Assembly (NCBI RefSeq): GCF_964355755.1 | Contig: NC_092679.1 | Coordinates: 14,677,432 to 14,741,431, forward strand | Direction of reading: 5' to 3' | Origin: Antedon mediterranea | Lineage: Eukaryota; Animalia; Echinodermata | Length of the DNA stretch: 64,000 bases | Shown here: positions 12,064-23,421 of the stretch, one piece after another | How the letters are laid out: each line of letters begins with the position of its first letter | Position numbering within the stretch: the first letter of the stretch is position 1 | Notes under the pieces: model-generated | What the model was told of the DNA's origin: nothing | The model's input: only the letters and a program-made list of their open reading frames with translations | Database searches by the model: none | Translations under genes and position numbers: made by a program

Positions 12064-15000
12064 TCATTGTGTCAAGATTATAATACAGAATTTAGTCAAG
12101 AATTTTCCAAAATCACGTCCCCTGTTTAAAATCAAAACCATCTCATTTCATGAAAGTTCTGAAATGAAAATTAACATGTTTGATAGATAAATACATCATA
12201 TGTATATTAATAAAGGTTATTAAAGTTTATTCATTTAAAATCATTTTTGAAAAACTGTGTACGGTCCCTTCCGCATCAAAAAGTAAAAACCAGAGATACC
12301 CAGAGAAGGGATTTGGAAGATGGAATCATGAATACGCATGTGTGTAAGCTTTTGATCTAATTTCGTCAGTAGAAAACAGACTTTAAAGCTGTGCCTACAC
12401 TATCAAACTTTATGTGACAAAAAAATGTGATGTGCCCATATATGGATATGATGATACTACTATATTTGGGCATATCACTACCATATTTGGGCACATCATA
12501 CTTTTTTTTGTCAAACTAGTTTGATTGTGTAGACAGAGCTTAAGACTGTTTAACAATGACAGGTATCAAACTGGAAAAAACAAAAATAATTACTGACCTA
12601 ATAATCTCCTTAAAGTTTGTTGCTTCACATATATACTTATGCCCATGTCCAAGGCTACCCTCTAGTGTATAAAATGTCACCTGGTCATCAGATCTTGTTG
12701 CCCTAATACTATTGTACAACTAAAGTAAAAACAAAACACTAATGAATAAAATCAGTTTAATTACATGACAATAGCTGTTTCAGACATTAAACAGGTGACA
12801 GTAATATATACAAAAGATTAATCCGTACATTATCGGGATAGTTTTGCTATTTTTTATTATCTTCATATTAAGACAGCTATAAAATTCAATGAAAAATTCA
12901 GTATACCATTTTAGGCTTATTTTAAACAATTTGTTATTGTCTTAAAAGTGATTTTCCATATCAACCCATCAACTACATAGGTTTTATTTTAAGTATTAAG
13001 TGTCCACAAAAGAATTGACACTTACAAATTTACCCAGCTTATATGGAACAATAACATCATCTTCAGCATGTAATATATGTATAGGACACTTTACATCTTG
13101 TAAACTGAAAAAAAAGAAAACATTAATCAGTTAATGCAAATACAAATAAAACCATTAAAAAATGCGCACTAAAAAACTGCATGGTGTGGACATATTGGTT
13201 GTACAGGGCTTGCAAAACAGTTTGATTGATTAATGTAGCTTTTTTTTTTATTGAAATGTTTCTTTAACTTAAGCCCCTTTTTAACGACATGGCTAGGGAT
13301 AAGGTCTTTTGCTCTGGCTATTAAAGTAACAGTATTGAGGGCCTCCTAACCTAAAAACAAGCACGAATGTGCGATACTTGGGTACAGCAAAAGAAGCTGT
13401 AATGACGTCATAAGACGGGATGTGACGTCACATACACATCAATAACCTCGCTACAAAATATGGCTATACGGTACCATCTTCGAGATGTGATATGGCTGCA
13501 TCCGGTTTGAAATTTAAAAATCCGGCTCTATAGCTTTAAAAACATGTCCCTGTTGTATATTCATGCCAAATCTCAGCTCAATACTACAACGAATAAGGGA
13601 GGAGTAGTACTTTATAAATCGCACTCAATAGTGTCGGATGGAAGAGAAGATGAGAGAGTCCCAGACTAATAAACCATCCCTCTAGGGAATGGTGAAAAAA
13701 ATATGATGGGGAGTAAAAAAAAAAATAAGGGAAATAAAAAAAATAGGTACCGACAAGTTAAAGAAGCAGGGCTTCAACATCCTTAGTACGTACGTATCTC
13801 AAGACGTAACATTTTTTTTCATCAAAGTATAGTTCTGGCAATATATTACTAATGTATGTACTGTATGGATTTCTATCTGAACTCAGATTTAAACAAACTA
13901 TTCACATCCAAAGATATGTTTGGATAAATACATACATACATTTGAAAAAAACTCACTTTTTATCGCTTTGGAAGTGTTGAGAAATTGGTCGGAAAGGATG
14001 GGTGAACAAAGAGTCAAAATAAGGAAAAATACGCCATGGCTGAAAAAAACAAAATCTTCTCATGAAATTATTGTTTGGTACATAGAGGACACACTTTACA
14101 TTGAATGTTGTATAGGTTCTAATTGAGTCGAGCTTAGGCCTGACAAATTTGATACACTTAATTTGATACACTCTGTAGGTGGAATAATGTTAACAAGCTT
14201 ATGCAGTGAAGCATTACATGTTTGACCTCTCATTGACCTCAAGAGTATAGTATTATTCATTTTGGGTGTTTTGCATTTCGGTCTTTATCTAAAAGTATAT
14301 TTTATTGGGGGCTTATTTCAACCATTACAAAAGTAACTTCGTAACATTATATTTACAATTTTGATTGAAAAAGACTAATACTTTACTTACAATTGCAAAT
14401 GGATGATGGAGGGCAGCATCATGTAAATTGTTGAAAGGCGACTCAAGGATCACAGCAGCAGGACAACTCCCTGAAACAAGACCAACGTCAATCAAAGTGT
14501 TATATGTTGTTTGATTGATTGGTTATGCTGGATGTGTGTTATACAATTAATGAATGTTTAGTATTGAATTGAAATATTTTATTTATACTGAGCGACCTCT
14601 TCAGTCAAAGGCTGGTCTCCTAGAGGGCCCAGTTATAATTAGTGGCTGTGATGTACACTGGGGTAACCCCCTACTTGTTTCGAAAGATGTACTAGGTTCA
14701 TTGTGCACATGAACTAGATGTGTACACTGGACCTACAGGTTATAATCCTTATCCAAGAAGACTCGTTCTACTGCCAGAACCATGGAGCAAGTGAGCCTCG
14801 AACCCTTGCCGATGTTATGGCTATGTAATTACGGTCCCACTGTATAAACCGTTTGGCCACTTTATTGTTCAATGAAATAGAGGAATATTTGTATTCATTG
14901 ATAGCCTGACTTGGTGTTCACCTCATTGAATAGAAAAGTCAACTTTTCATATAACATATGCTCCCATTAAACCCATAAACATTCAGTATTTGTATATTTA

Positions 15001-18000
15001 TCTTGGTTCCCACTAGGACGTAATGCAAGGATGTAGAAAACGCAATTCAAGCGAATTGACCAATGACAAGCCAACAGTTTGAATCATTCATCAAATTACT
15101 TGTGTTGTGCTTACATACTTGCATTGCAAGCCTAGTTTTAAGTATTGCATCTTGATTGTGAGTGAGTGAGTGACCGAGCGGTTAAGACAGTGGAACCGTA
15201 ATTACGTAGCCATAACATCGGCAGGGGTTCGATGCGGTTAAGACAGTGGAACCGTAATTACGTAGCCATAACATCGGCAGGGGTTCGATGCTCACTCACT
15301 CCATGATTCTGGTGGTAGAACGCGTCTTCTTGGATAAGGATTATAAACTGTAGGTCCAGTGTACACATCTAGCTCGTGTGCACTTTAAAGAACCTAGTAC
15401 ATCTTTCGAGACGATTAGGGGGTTACCTCGGTGTATTAGTACATCACAGCCACTGATCACCAACTGGGCCCTCTGGGAGACCAGTCTTTGACTGAAGAGG
15501 TCACCCAGTATAAAGATAAATTTCAATTCAATTCAATTCAATTAATATGGTTACTATAACAGTGTACATATTACTACCCATATATAGTGAAGGGCCACCT
15601 CATAGACAGTGTATATTTCTATACTGAGTTATTTCTATAGAATATACTAAATAACCAAAATTAACAAGCCCCTACAACCAAATTAATTACACACCTTTAA
15701 GACATAGTTTCTTTGCAGCTGCAGACGCAACTCTGATAAATAAAAACACAAAAAAAGAAAGATAATAATTATTGTGAAGTTATGATGTTTTGCCAAATTC
15801 TGACATAAACTTAATAAACAAAATACTCAGTACATTTCAAAATAAACAAGAAATATTTCTTACAAAAAACGCTGCTTGCTTATTGACGTAACAGTTTTAA
15901 AGATATATTGTCCCTCTGAAAAATATTTTTTATTTCAAATTTGTTTTTGAATGTGTCATTTTATTGTCACATAATAGTTATTTTGCCTGAAAAAATGTAA
16001 TTAAAAGCAAAAAATACCTCAATTGTCTGTCAGACAATGTGGTTTTTGAGTTATAATAATTAAACGTTTCTTTTCTCTTTTTATAATGTGAATTTTGTTA
16101 CAGAAGTGAATAACTTTGATATGAAACAGACTCAATTTAGTTTATTTTATTGCTAAGGTCAAGTCTGGGGGTCACTTCATCACGCCTTAGATACTTCAAG
16201 TGTGAAGTATCATATTACAAACAAAAACTTTCATGGACTGTTTTGATAATAATTCAATGATTATCTGACAGCGAAATACAGTATTGTCATGGGACTCATA
16301 ATTACCAGAAATTCAGCTGGTACCTATAAATTATAGTCGAGTTTCCATTTTAGCAAAAATGTCAAAGTGTAGTACTATAACTGCTGCATGATTTCATCTA
16401 ATAAATGAGTCATCTCGTGTGACGTTGCGGGCTAGAGCAGCAGCGTGAAAACAATTGTTCAGCATATCACTAGGCCCCTGCACAGAAGTACTCCAGGAGT
16501 TTTCCCTGTTGGGTAACCCAAATGAAATGATTTCTAAGCAAATACAAATAATCAGGTGCTTACTTACGCTGTGCCTAAAGAATGACCCCAAATATAAATT
16601 TTTGATTTGCCACTCCTTTGCTTGACCCAGTCCCAGGTAGTTACAGCATCTGCAATCACCCCCTCTGCTGATGGTGTTCCTGTTGAATCACCATACCCTA
16701 AAGAAGAAAGTCAAATTTATTTAATAATCCAATTAATTTAGGCTTGAGGTGACATTTTATAATTTTACACCACATCAACCCTTTCATTCTAGAACTATTC
16801 TAGAATAATCATTTTGTCTTTGATGAAAACAATATGTTCACAAGTCCAATCCAATGACGTCATGATGACAATAAAATCTTTGCATCGTCATGATATAAAT
16901 TGCTCTTACTGATCATGAAATCATTTTGGATGGATTCTGAAAAAAACATTTTTGTTGTTGTTGTATAGTTTTCTGTCAATCGTTAGTGTCCTAGTGTAAA
17001 TGGGCCTTAAACCTGTCATAAAGAAATGCCTAGAAAACAAATACAGTACCTCTATAATCTATTGCAATAACATGATGATCAAGATCTGATAAAATCTTAT
17101 ACAGTGAAACCCTGTGATACGTCAATCTATAAAACAAAACAAAGTTCATCAATGAAATACAGATTTTATATACCTAGGTCTGTTTTGGCTGAACATTTAA
17201 AAAAAATGGGTTTTAAGAAACCTGTTTTAGTTATTTACTCAAAATAAAATCGTTTTTTTTATCAGTTTGTCTTTGGTTGGTTGTGTAATGACATCATTAT
17301 TATCCATAGAGAGTAGGCAAATGTTTGCACCAGTCAATAACCTTCTGAAATTAGGTCAAATTGAGACCAAAATTGTGTTGCAGCTAAAAATTGCTCAACA
17401 CAAACCGTTTTAAAATGTTACTGAATTAGTCTAGACATTTACTGGAATGATTTACAGGCAAATCAATTCATACGATTTCATTATCCTTCAGGGCAATTTT
17501 AACATTTTCTTACCTGGTCCCTGAATTTCCATGAAGATAAATCACAACTGACTTATCATCACCTAGTGCATCACTGAACTGCTTGCTACTTGTTATACCT
17601 TTATTGCGAAGGCTTACTGGAAGAACTTGCCTGTTAAATTAATAATAATGTTGAATCAATTAGTATGTTTGTGTTGACATGTTACGAATATAAAAAAGTA
17701 CAATTTGATTGATGAAAATGCAATTATAAATTAACACTCTAAATATATCCTATTTTGTATAATTTACACTTTATACTGGTGGGGCTTGGCTATATAATTC
17801 ATTGATAGGAAACAGCCAAAATAATTTAGTACACTGAACCTAGAGTTGTATGACATGACATATTTAGCCAACAAACAATTGTAAACACAATAGATTTCTA
17901 TAGAGTGTCATGATAGGAAAGTTATTTGTTGATTTTATTCATGTTCAAAAAAGGGTAAAATTATTCAATATTATTATTCATGGTAATGCACTTGTCAATT

Positions 18001-20138
18001 GTATGACTCACTATACGACCCCCGGGAGAGGTGCGTCATGGGTGCGTCATTTACAAATAATTACTGACGCAGGGGTGCGTCAAAAAACCTAGATGGTACG
18101 TCACATCAATGAACAAGGTGTGTCAATGTCCGTCACTTTACCACCCACCATATCATAAACAACATGGTCACAGTGCGTCAAAATGGGTGCGTCATGGTCA
18201 CCTAAAGGTAAGTCACCTTTTTGACGCACGGGTGCGTCATGGTATTCAAAAGTATGACGCACATCGGACAAATGACGCACCTCTCCCGGGGGTCGTATAG
18301 TGAGTCATACAATTGACAAATGCATAACTAAATACATACATTTACAATATTTAAACGTTTCTACCTACAGTATATCAGTGTAATGCAAAGTGTTCATATG
18401 GAGTGAGTAAGTGGCCAATCGGTTAAGACAGTGGAACTGTAATTACGTAGCCATAACATCGGCAGGGGTTCGAGGCTCACTCACTCCATGGTTCTGGTGG
18501 TAGAACGAGTCTTCTTGGATAAGGACTATAAACCGTAGGTCCAGTGTACACATCTAGTTTGTGTGCACTTTAAAGAACCTAGTACATCTTTCGAGACGAG
18601 TATTAGTACATAACAGCCACTGATCACCAACTGGGCCCCTCTGGGAGACCAGTCCTTGACTGAAGAGGTTACCCAGTATAAATATATATTTCAATTCAAT
18701 CAATTCAATTCAATAGAATTTAACTCCCTGGAAATAGTGTTTATAGTCCTTATTCGAGGTCATGTCTCATCAAAAGTCTTGACTTACCAGGTACCAATTT
18801 GCACATTATCAGTTGAATTCAACTTTAAATTATTAACTCCTTCTATGTCATACTTCGAAGGGTTATTGAAGTCCAATATAAGAGGATAATATACTAAAAA
18901 CAGAAAGAAAAGTTAAAAGATTATATGAGCAGTCCTATTTGTATGTTGTGTAGAAAGACAAAACAACAACATCAGTATAACCTTTTGTTTAGGTCTTTAT
19001 TTAATGTATAAATTTGATTACCTGACGATAAGAAAATAAGCTCTCGTGGAAGAATTGGCACATAGTGTAAAACAGCTGGAATAGATACATATAAAGCTAT
19101 TAGGCCTACTGCAACATATTTTAAACATCGTGGAAGGGACGATCTGAAATAAATAGAAATTTGCATTGATTAAAAATGTAAAATTTAATTAATTAAATTA
19201 ATTTATCTGTCTTTAAAAAGATGTTTGTTTGTGTCAACAAAGACTCTTTACTTAGTAAGGGTCATACTAATCTACGCGCGGTATTGCCTGGTAGGGTGAA
19301 TGATAATGATTTAAATAAGTACATGCTAACATTAATTTAGTGTTATCGTGATATTTTAATTGTACATTTTATTTATACAATTTTAATGTATTAAAAAACT
19401 GTCAAAATACTGATTTAGGTTTAGGCCTATTCCAAAATTGAAGATTGCCCTTTTTTTGTGATGAGTGAAGCTAATGACGCATTTTAGAATGAATGAAAAT
19501 ATTTTAACACGTTTCTGGAAAAGAAATATATAGGCCTATACTTATAGGCCTCTAGGCCTATCTATATAGGCTAGCTAGCTAGACCTACCTACTAACTAGG
19601 CTTATTTAGGGCCTACGCTACAGTAGTAGGCCTACTAGGCCTTGAGGCAAAGCTTACTAGCCTAGTAGGCCTAGCCTAGGCATTACTCTATTATTAATTA
19701 CCTAGCCTAGCCTTACTAGAGGGCTTATTAGAGGCCTACAGTAGCCTACTACTAGGCCTAGGCCTAGGCCTACCTTAAGCCTAGCCTAGGCCTAGTGCCT
19801 GAAAACTAACTAACCCTAACTAGGCCTAGGGCAGGTAGGGCCTACCTAGGCCTAGTGGATTCCGGCCTAGGCCTAGCCTACCTAGGCTAGTTAGGCTACT
19901 ACTTACTAGGGCCTAGCCTAGCCTAGCCTACTCTACCTAGGCCTAGGCCGGCCTACTAGGTAGGCTCTAGGAGCCTAGGCCCTAGTAGGCTAGGCCTATA
20001 GATAGGTCTAGGCTAGGTGCGAAAGTACAGTACCGCAAAAATGTATTACCTGTATGGTTGATGGCTGGGTAAATGTGTTTCGCTCTGATTTTTTCTCTCA
20101 TCGGTTGCAACAGTACTGTTTCCACTTCTCAAGCGCAT
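12064..20138 (-). CDS. ABHD12: Lysophosphatidylserine lipase ABHD12-like alpha/beta hydrolase, 12 exons, about 366 aa
   Basis: Exons: 20138-20050, 19143-19022, 18893-18788, 17630-17514, 17126-17050, 16697-16568, 15732-15695, 14470-14391, 14039-13957, 13104-13026, 12719-12598 and (less certain) 12121-12064. All are GT-AG and in frame. Motifs: N-terminal TM segment, [23 protein letters not shown], nucleophile [32 protein letters not shown]. Confidence 0.92.
12387..12540. mobile_element. PIF/Harbinger-type MITE, AGCTCTGTCTACACTATCAAAC family (representative copy)
   Basis: TIR AGCT(C)TG(T)CTACACTATCAAAC / GTTTGAT(A)GTGTAGACAGAGCT with TAA on both sides. Further copies at about 5790-5914, 39106-39228, 39875-39991, 42463-42615, 47269-47342 (half), 49854-49971 and 50229-52164 (interrupted). 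Confidence 0.85.
13356..13697 (+). mobile_element. Possible Helentron-associated (HINE/DINE-like) interspersed element
   Basis: Begins AAACAAG in an A-run, has an internal catgccaaatctcagc, and ends with the hairpin ACCATCCCT-CT-AGGGAATGGT followed by an A-run. No TSD. Confidence 0.4.
14564..14861 (-). mobile_element. tRNA-derived SINE family 1 (antisense copy)
   Basis: Reverse complement of 15160-15543, with A-box, B-box (GGTTCGAGGCTC) and (TTCAA)n tail. Confidence 0.85.
15160..15543 (+). mobile_element. tRNA-derived SINE family 1 with duplicated head
   Basis: A-box TGACCGAGCGGTTAAG and B-box GGTTCGATGC, with the head segment tandemly duplicated (about 57 bp). The centre GGATAAGGATTATAAACTGTAGGTCC..GCACTTTAAAGAACC resembles Deu/Meta-type SINE cores. 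Ends in a (TTCAA)n tail. Confidence 0.88.
15840..16320. mobile_element. Interspersed repeat with a Kolobok-like end; inverted copy of about 22080-22790
   Basis: aaacaagaaatatttcttacaaaaaacgctgc..cagttTTAA-AGATATATTGTCCC.. matches the reverse complement of 22711-22788. Similarity extends to ttatctgacagcgaaat and attaccagaaat. Confidence 0.7.
17987..18324. mobile_element. MITE with about 53-bp TIRs and TAA TSD (PIF/Harbinger-like)
   Basis: TGCACTTGTCAATTGTATGACTCACTATACGACCCCCGGGAGAGGTGCGTCAT and its reverse complement (1 mismatch). TAA at 17984-17986 and 18325-18327. Confidence 0.88.
18400..18713 (+). mobile_element. tRNA-derived SINE family 1
   Basis: Near-identical to 15160-15543 without the head duplication; (TTCAA)n tail. 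Confidence 0.88.
19530..20016. repeat. TAGGCCTA/TAGCCTA/TAGGCTA-rich scrambled low-complexity tract in ABHD12 intron 1
   Basis: Dozens of overlapping taggccta, ctagg and gcctag words with no fixed period. Confidence 0.9.
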
Positions 20139-21788
20139 TTTTACAAATTGTAGGCCCCCTAGCCTCCGCCTATTCCTATATCCTGTCTGCACTGCTGCGC
20201 TTCCGATCCCTCGCGCGCGAGCTGATCCTCATATCGATCGACTGTCGCCTATTGACAATAGTATTGTGTATGAAACGCCGTTATTGCCTTTTTCGTTTTT
20301 TCTTTTCGGTCCTTTTATCACATTCACCTTTTTACAATATGCACATCTTTTCACGCTGCTGCTTTAGCCAGCTAAATATATGAGGACTACTCATTCTGAA
20401 GCTATAAGCAAGCAGCAGTTATAGTTCTAGAGGCCGACGTTTTTGGTACTTTGTAAACTAGGACAGGTCATGCTAAAATTACAAACCCCAAAGCACGTCT
20501 GGGAGAAGAGAGTCTATGAAAAAAATAGCTGATAATACAGTATTATAGATGCATGTAGACTGTAATCTGTAAAATCTTGTTCAATAAATAATGACCAGTA
20601 TCTATATATAAATTATGGTTAATTCTGACATAGGCGAGCACAATGCAAAAACTTCGGTACAAATCTCCGCCTTGGATACCTACCTTATCTATCTGAGATG
20701 TACCGCGAAACGTAGCTTTGGTAACATTAGTGTTCACATCGACGCTATTGTTCCATATTTCTATCTTAAGAAGATATTATAAAGAGTTTTATAACAAAAT
20801 TTATGATTTCAACATTAGATTTTCATCTCAATTTCAATTCTTCCCGGTCAAAGTAATTTCCGGGTTTAAGATAAGTTCACCTTGCAACAACCTGGTTTCA
20901 AATATTTTTTCTCTTTTATACACAAGGGAGCAGTTAAAATAATAGATTTGACCCTAAAGGTGACTGGAAACAGGCACTTTCCATCAATCAATACAGTGTC
21001 CCTTTGGAAGACGAAAAAAAAATCAGATAGTAGGACTGGAGCTTAACTTGGCCATTAGTCATAGCCATTTCAGTGTTTTGTTTATTTTAAAACATACCGC
21101 GCGTGTGTAGTTAAATAATAGAAATTATACTGCAAATTAATAAAGATCAAATTAAATATACGCCATAAAGAATCAGAATATATTGTAGGGAATAGTATTA
21201 TAAAATTACATAGGAAGATTTGATGATAAGACATTTTTCGAGTGAAATCCCGATAGCTGAGCCTTATTGAGTAAGCTTGCAGGAATAACTGTAGGCTATC
21301 TTCCTGTGTCCAGTTAGGACCGAGCTGCCCATGTTGCAAGCCGTAATGTCTTCTTTCTTGGGCCCACTCTGTCACGGCAGTTAGTTTCAAAAGATGATTA
21401 AAATAAATAATGTATTAATAATTATTAGGATGGTATTCATTTGAATAAACGCCTCTCCAATAAAACATCACTTTGAATAAACCCCCTCCCTCCCCCCCCC
21501 CCAACCCAACTATCTAATAAACGTTCATCCACATATTTATAATAACACAATTATACTATTTGTAGTAGAATTCACCGCACTGTTATCTACAATTTACCAA
21601 GCATTTGTTATTCTTTTTTGCCACTTTTCATATCTATTAGAGGATTTCATTTGATTATAAATGTTACCATATTATTAAAACTAAAAAATTTAACATATAT
21701 CCCTCGAATAAGCACCTCCCTCAAATGACCTCCGCCTCCCCATAGGGTCCTACCAAACAATAAAAACTATACTTTAAAATGTTATTAA

Positions 21789-22036
21789 TCATCTAAAACA
21801 CTGTGAAACAAAGTAGTTTAGTTTTACGAATGTCAAGCATTTTCAATAATGGTAACCGACAGAAAACGTATAAAAAGGAGAACATTATCATTCCGAGAAC
21901 CATCGTCTACACTTCATCTAAAACACTGTGAAACAAAGTAGTTTAGTTTTACGAATGTCAAGCATTTTCAATAATGGTAACCGACAGAAAACGTATAAGG
22001 AGAACATTATTATTCCGAGAACCATCGTCTACACTT
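21789..22036. repeat. Tandem duplication of about 125 bp
   Basis: tcatctaaaacactgtgaaac..accatcgtctacactt occurs at 21789 and 21914, near identical. Confidence 0.9.
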
Positions 22037-22079
22037 CCTAGAGGGGGAGCGAGCGAAGAGAGCTCACCCTCTAATTATA

Positions 22080-22790
22080 ATAATTCACTGTCAATCAAAA
22101 CTTTATTTCTGGTATTTACAATGAGTCTTATTTGACTGTCAATCTAGACCGATATATATAATACTGTAATTCGCTGTCAGATAATCATTGAATTATTATC
22201 AAAACAGTCCATATACAGAGTAAAGTTTTTGGTTGTAATAGGATACAATTTGTTGACACTTGAAGCCTCTGATGAAGTGACCCCCAGACTTGTTAGCAAT
22301 AAAATATAAACAGTGACAGAAATTGAGTCTGTTTAGTATAATAAAGTAATATTATTTAGACATCATTTTAATTTAAATTATTTAATAAGCACATTATCTT
22401 TTACAGATTCAGTATTTTTTATTTTTCAATTTCAATTGCACAATTATGACATATCGAAGTATGATTTCTTGTGGTATTTTACTTCAAATACAAAAGTTAT
22501 TCACTTCTGTAACAAACAAAAATAATATTTATTCATGTATAAAAACAGAGAAGAAACGAAAATTATAACCCCAAAACCATTGTCTGACAGACAATTTAAG
22601 TATTTTTGGCTTTAAATTACATTTTTTCAGGTAAATAATTGTTTGGTTACTATTACTATTATGTGACAATAAAATTACACATTCAAAAACAAATTTGAAA
22701 TAAAAAATAGGGGACAATATATCTTTAAAACTGTTACGTCAGTCGTCAGCAAGCGAGCAGCGTTTTTTGTAAGAAATATTTCTTGTTTAA
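22080..22790. mobile_element. Longer copy of the same repeat
   Basis: GGGACAATATATCT-TTAA at about 22711-22728 plus shared sequence on both sides of it. Confidence 0.7.
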
Positions 22791-22959
22791 TGTTACTCTG
22801 CTATTGTTTCAGATTATTAGTCCAGCTGTGAGAAAACGAGCAGTCAGCAAAATGTCTGGGATTGTCAGATTGATATCACTAGTTCTTGAATGTGTACTTT
22901 GAGCTACAGAACGGAAAGTAAATATCTATATAGTAATATTAATCTATGACAATAAGATG

Positions 22960-23341
22960 TAAATCTGCCTGACATTTAAGTCGTCATAATCAAACAAGTT
23001 TATTTTCAATTCTTGGTCAGGATATGATTTGCTGTCTTTCTGTTGATCGTTGTTTTTTTCCTCCTTTTGCTGTCTTGTTATGTCCCTATCCATACGTCCT
23101 GTATTTTGAATTCTGTTATTTTTAATTTTAGTCCGTATTACCTGTGTCTGTATAAAATAGGCTGGCCCGCCACAAGATTTCTATCTTCTTGGCCACTGCC
23201 TACTTTCTTTTATTGATATCTGTATACTTTTTAATCATCAATTTTTTCATTCTTGACTGTTATTTATTTTATTAGAATTTATTATGTTTACCTCATTTTC
23301 TTGAAGGAAGGAATAAATATTTAGTTGAATTGAATTGAATT
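22960..23341 (+). mobile_element. Probable 3' end of a CR1/L2-type LINE
   Basis: T-rich 3' UTR, a ggcccgccacaag..cttcttggcc stem, then aataaat and a (TTGAA)n tail. No clear ORF remains. Confidence 0.4.
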
Positions 23342-23421
23342 AGTGAAGGTACTATGTTTTTTGTATTCTTGTATTTAGTTTTTTAAGTGCTCCTTTGGTA
23401 TCTAAATTAAATCCCGTGAAT

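Noticed and set aside
15160-15300. tRNA-Ser/Leu gene (also 18400 and the Gly-like 31038)
   Set aside because: A/B boxes are present but the cloverleaf is imperfect. Each continues into a shared non-tRNA body present in several dispersed copies, so these are SINEs.
17998-18020. T7 promoter-like GACTCACTATA (vector contamination?)
   Set aside because: Only 11 nt match, the TAATAC and G start are absent, and it is part of a TIR mirrored at the other end with a genomic TSD.
20054-20383. 109-aa plus-strand ORF and other short ORFs antisense to exons (e.g. 24145, 27979, 59133, 63580)
   Set aside because: They are shadow frames of real exons or promoter sequence, with no recognisable motifs.
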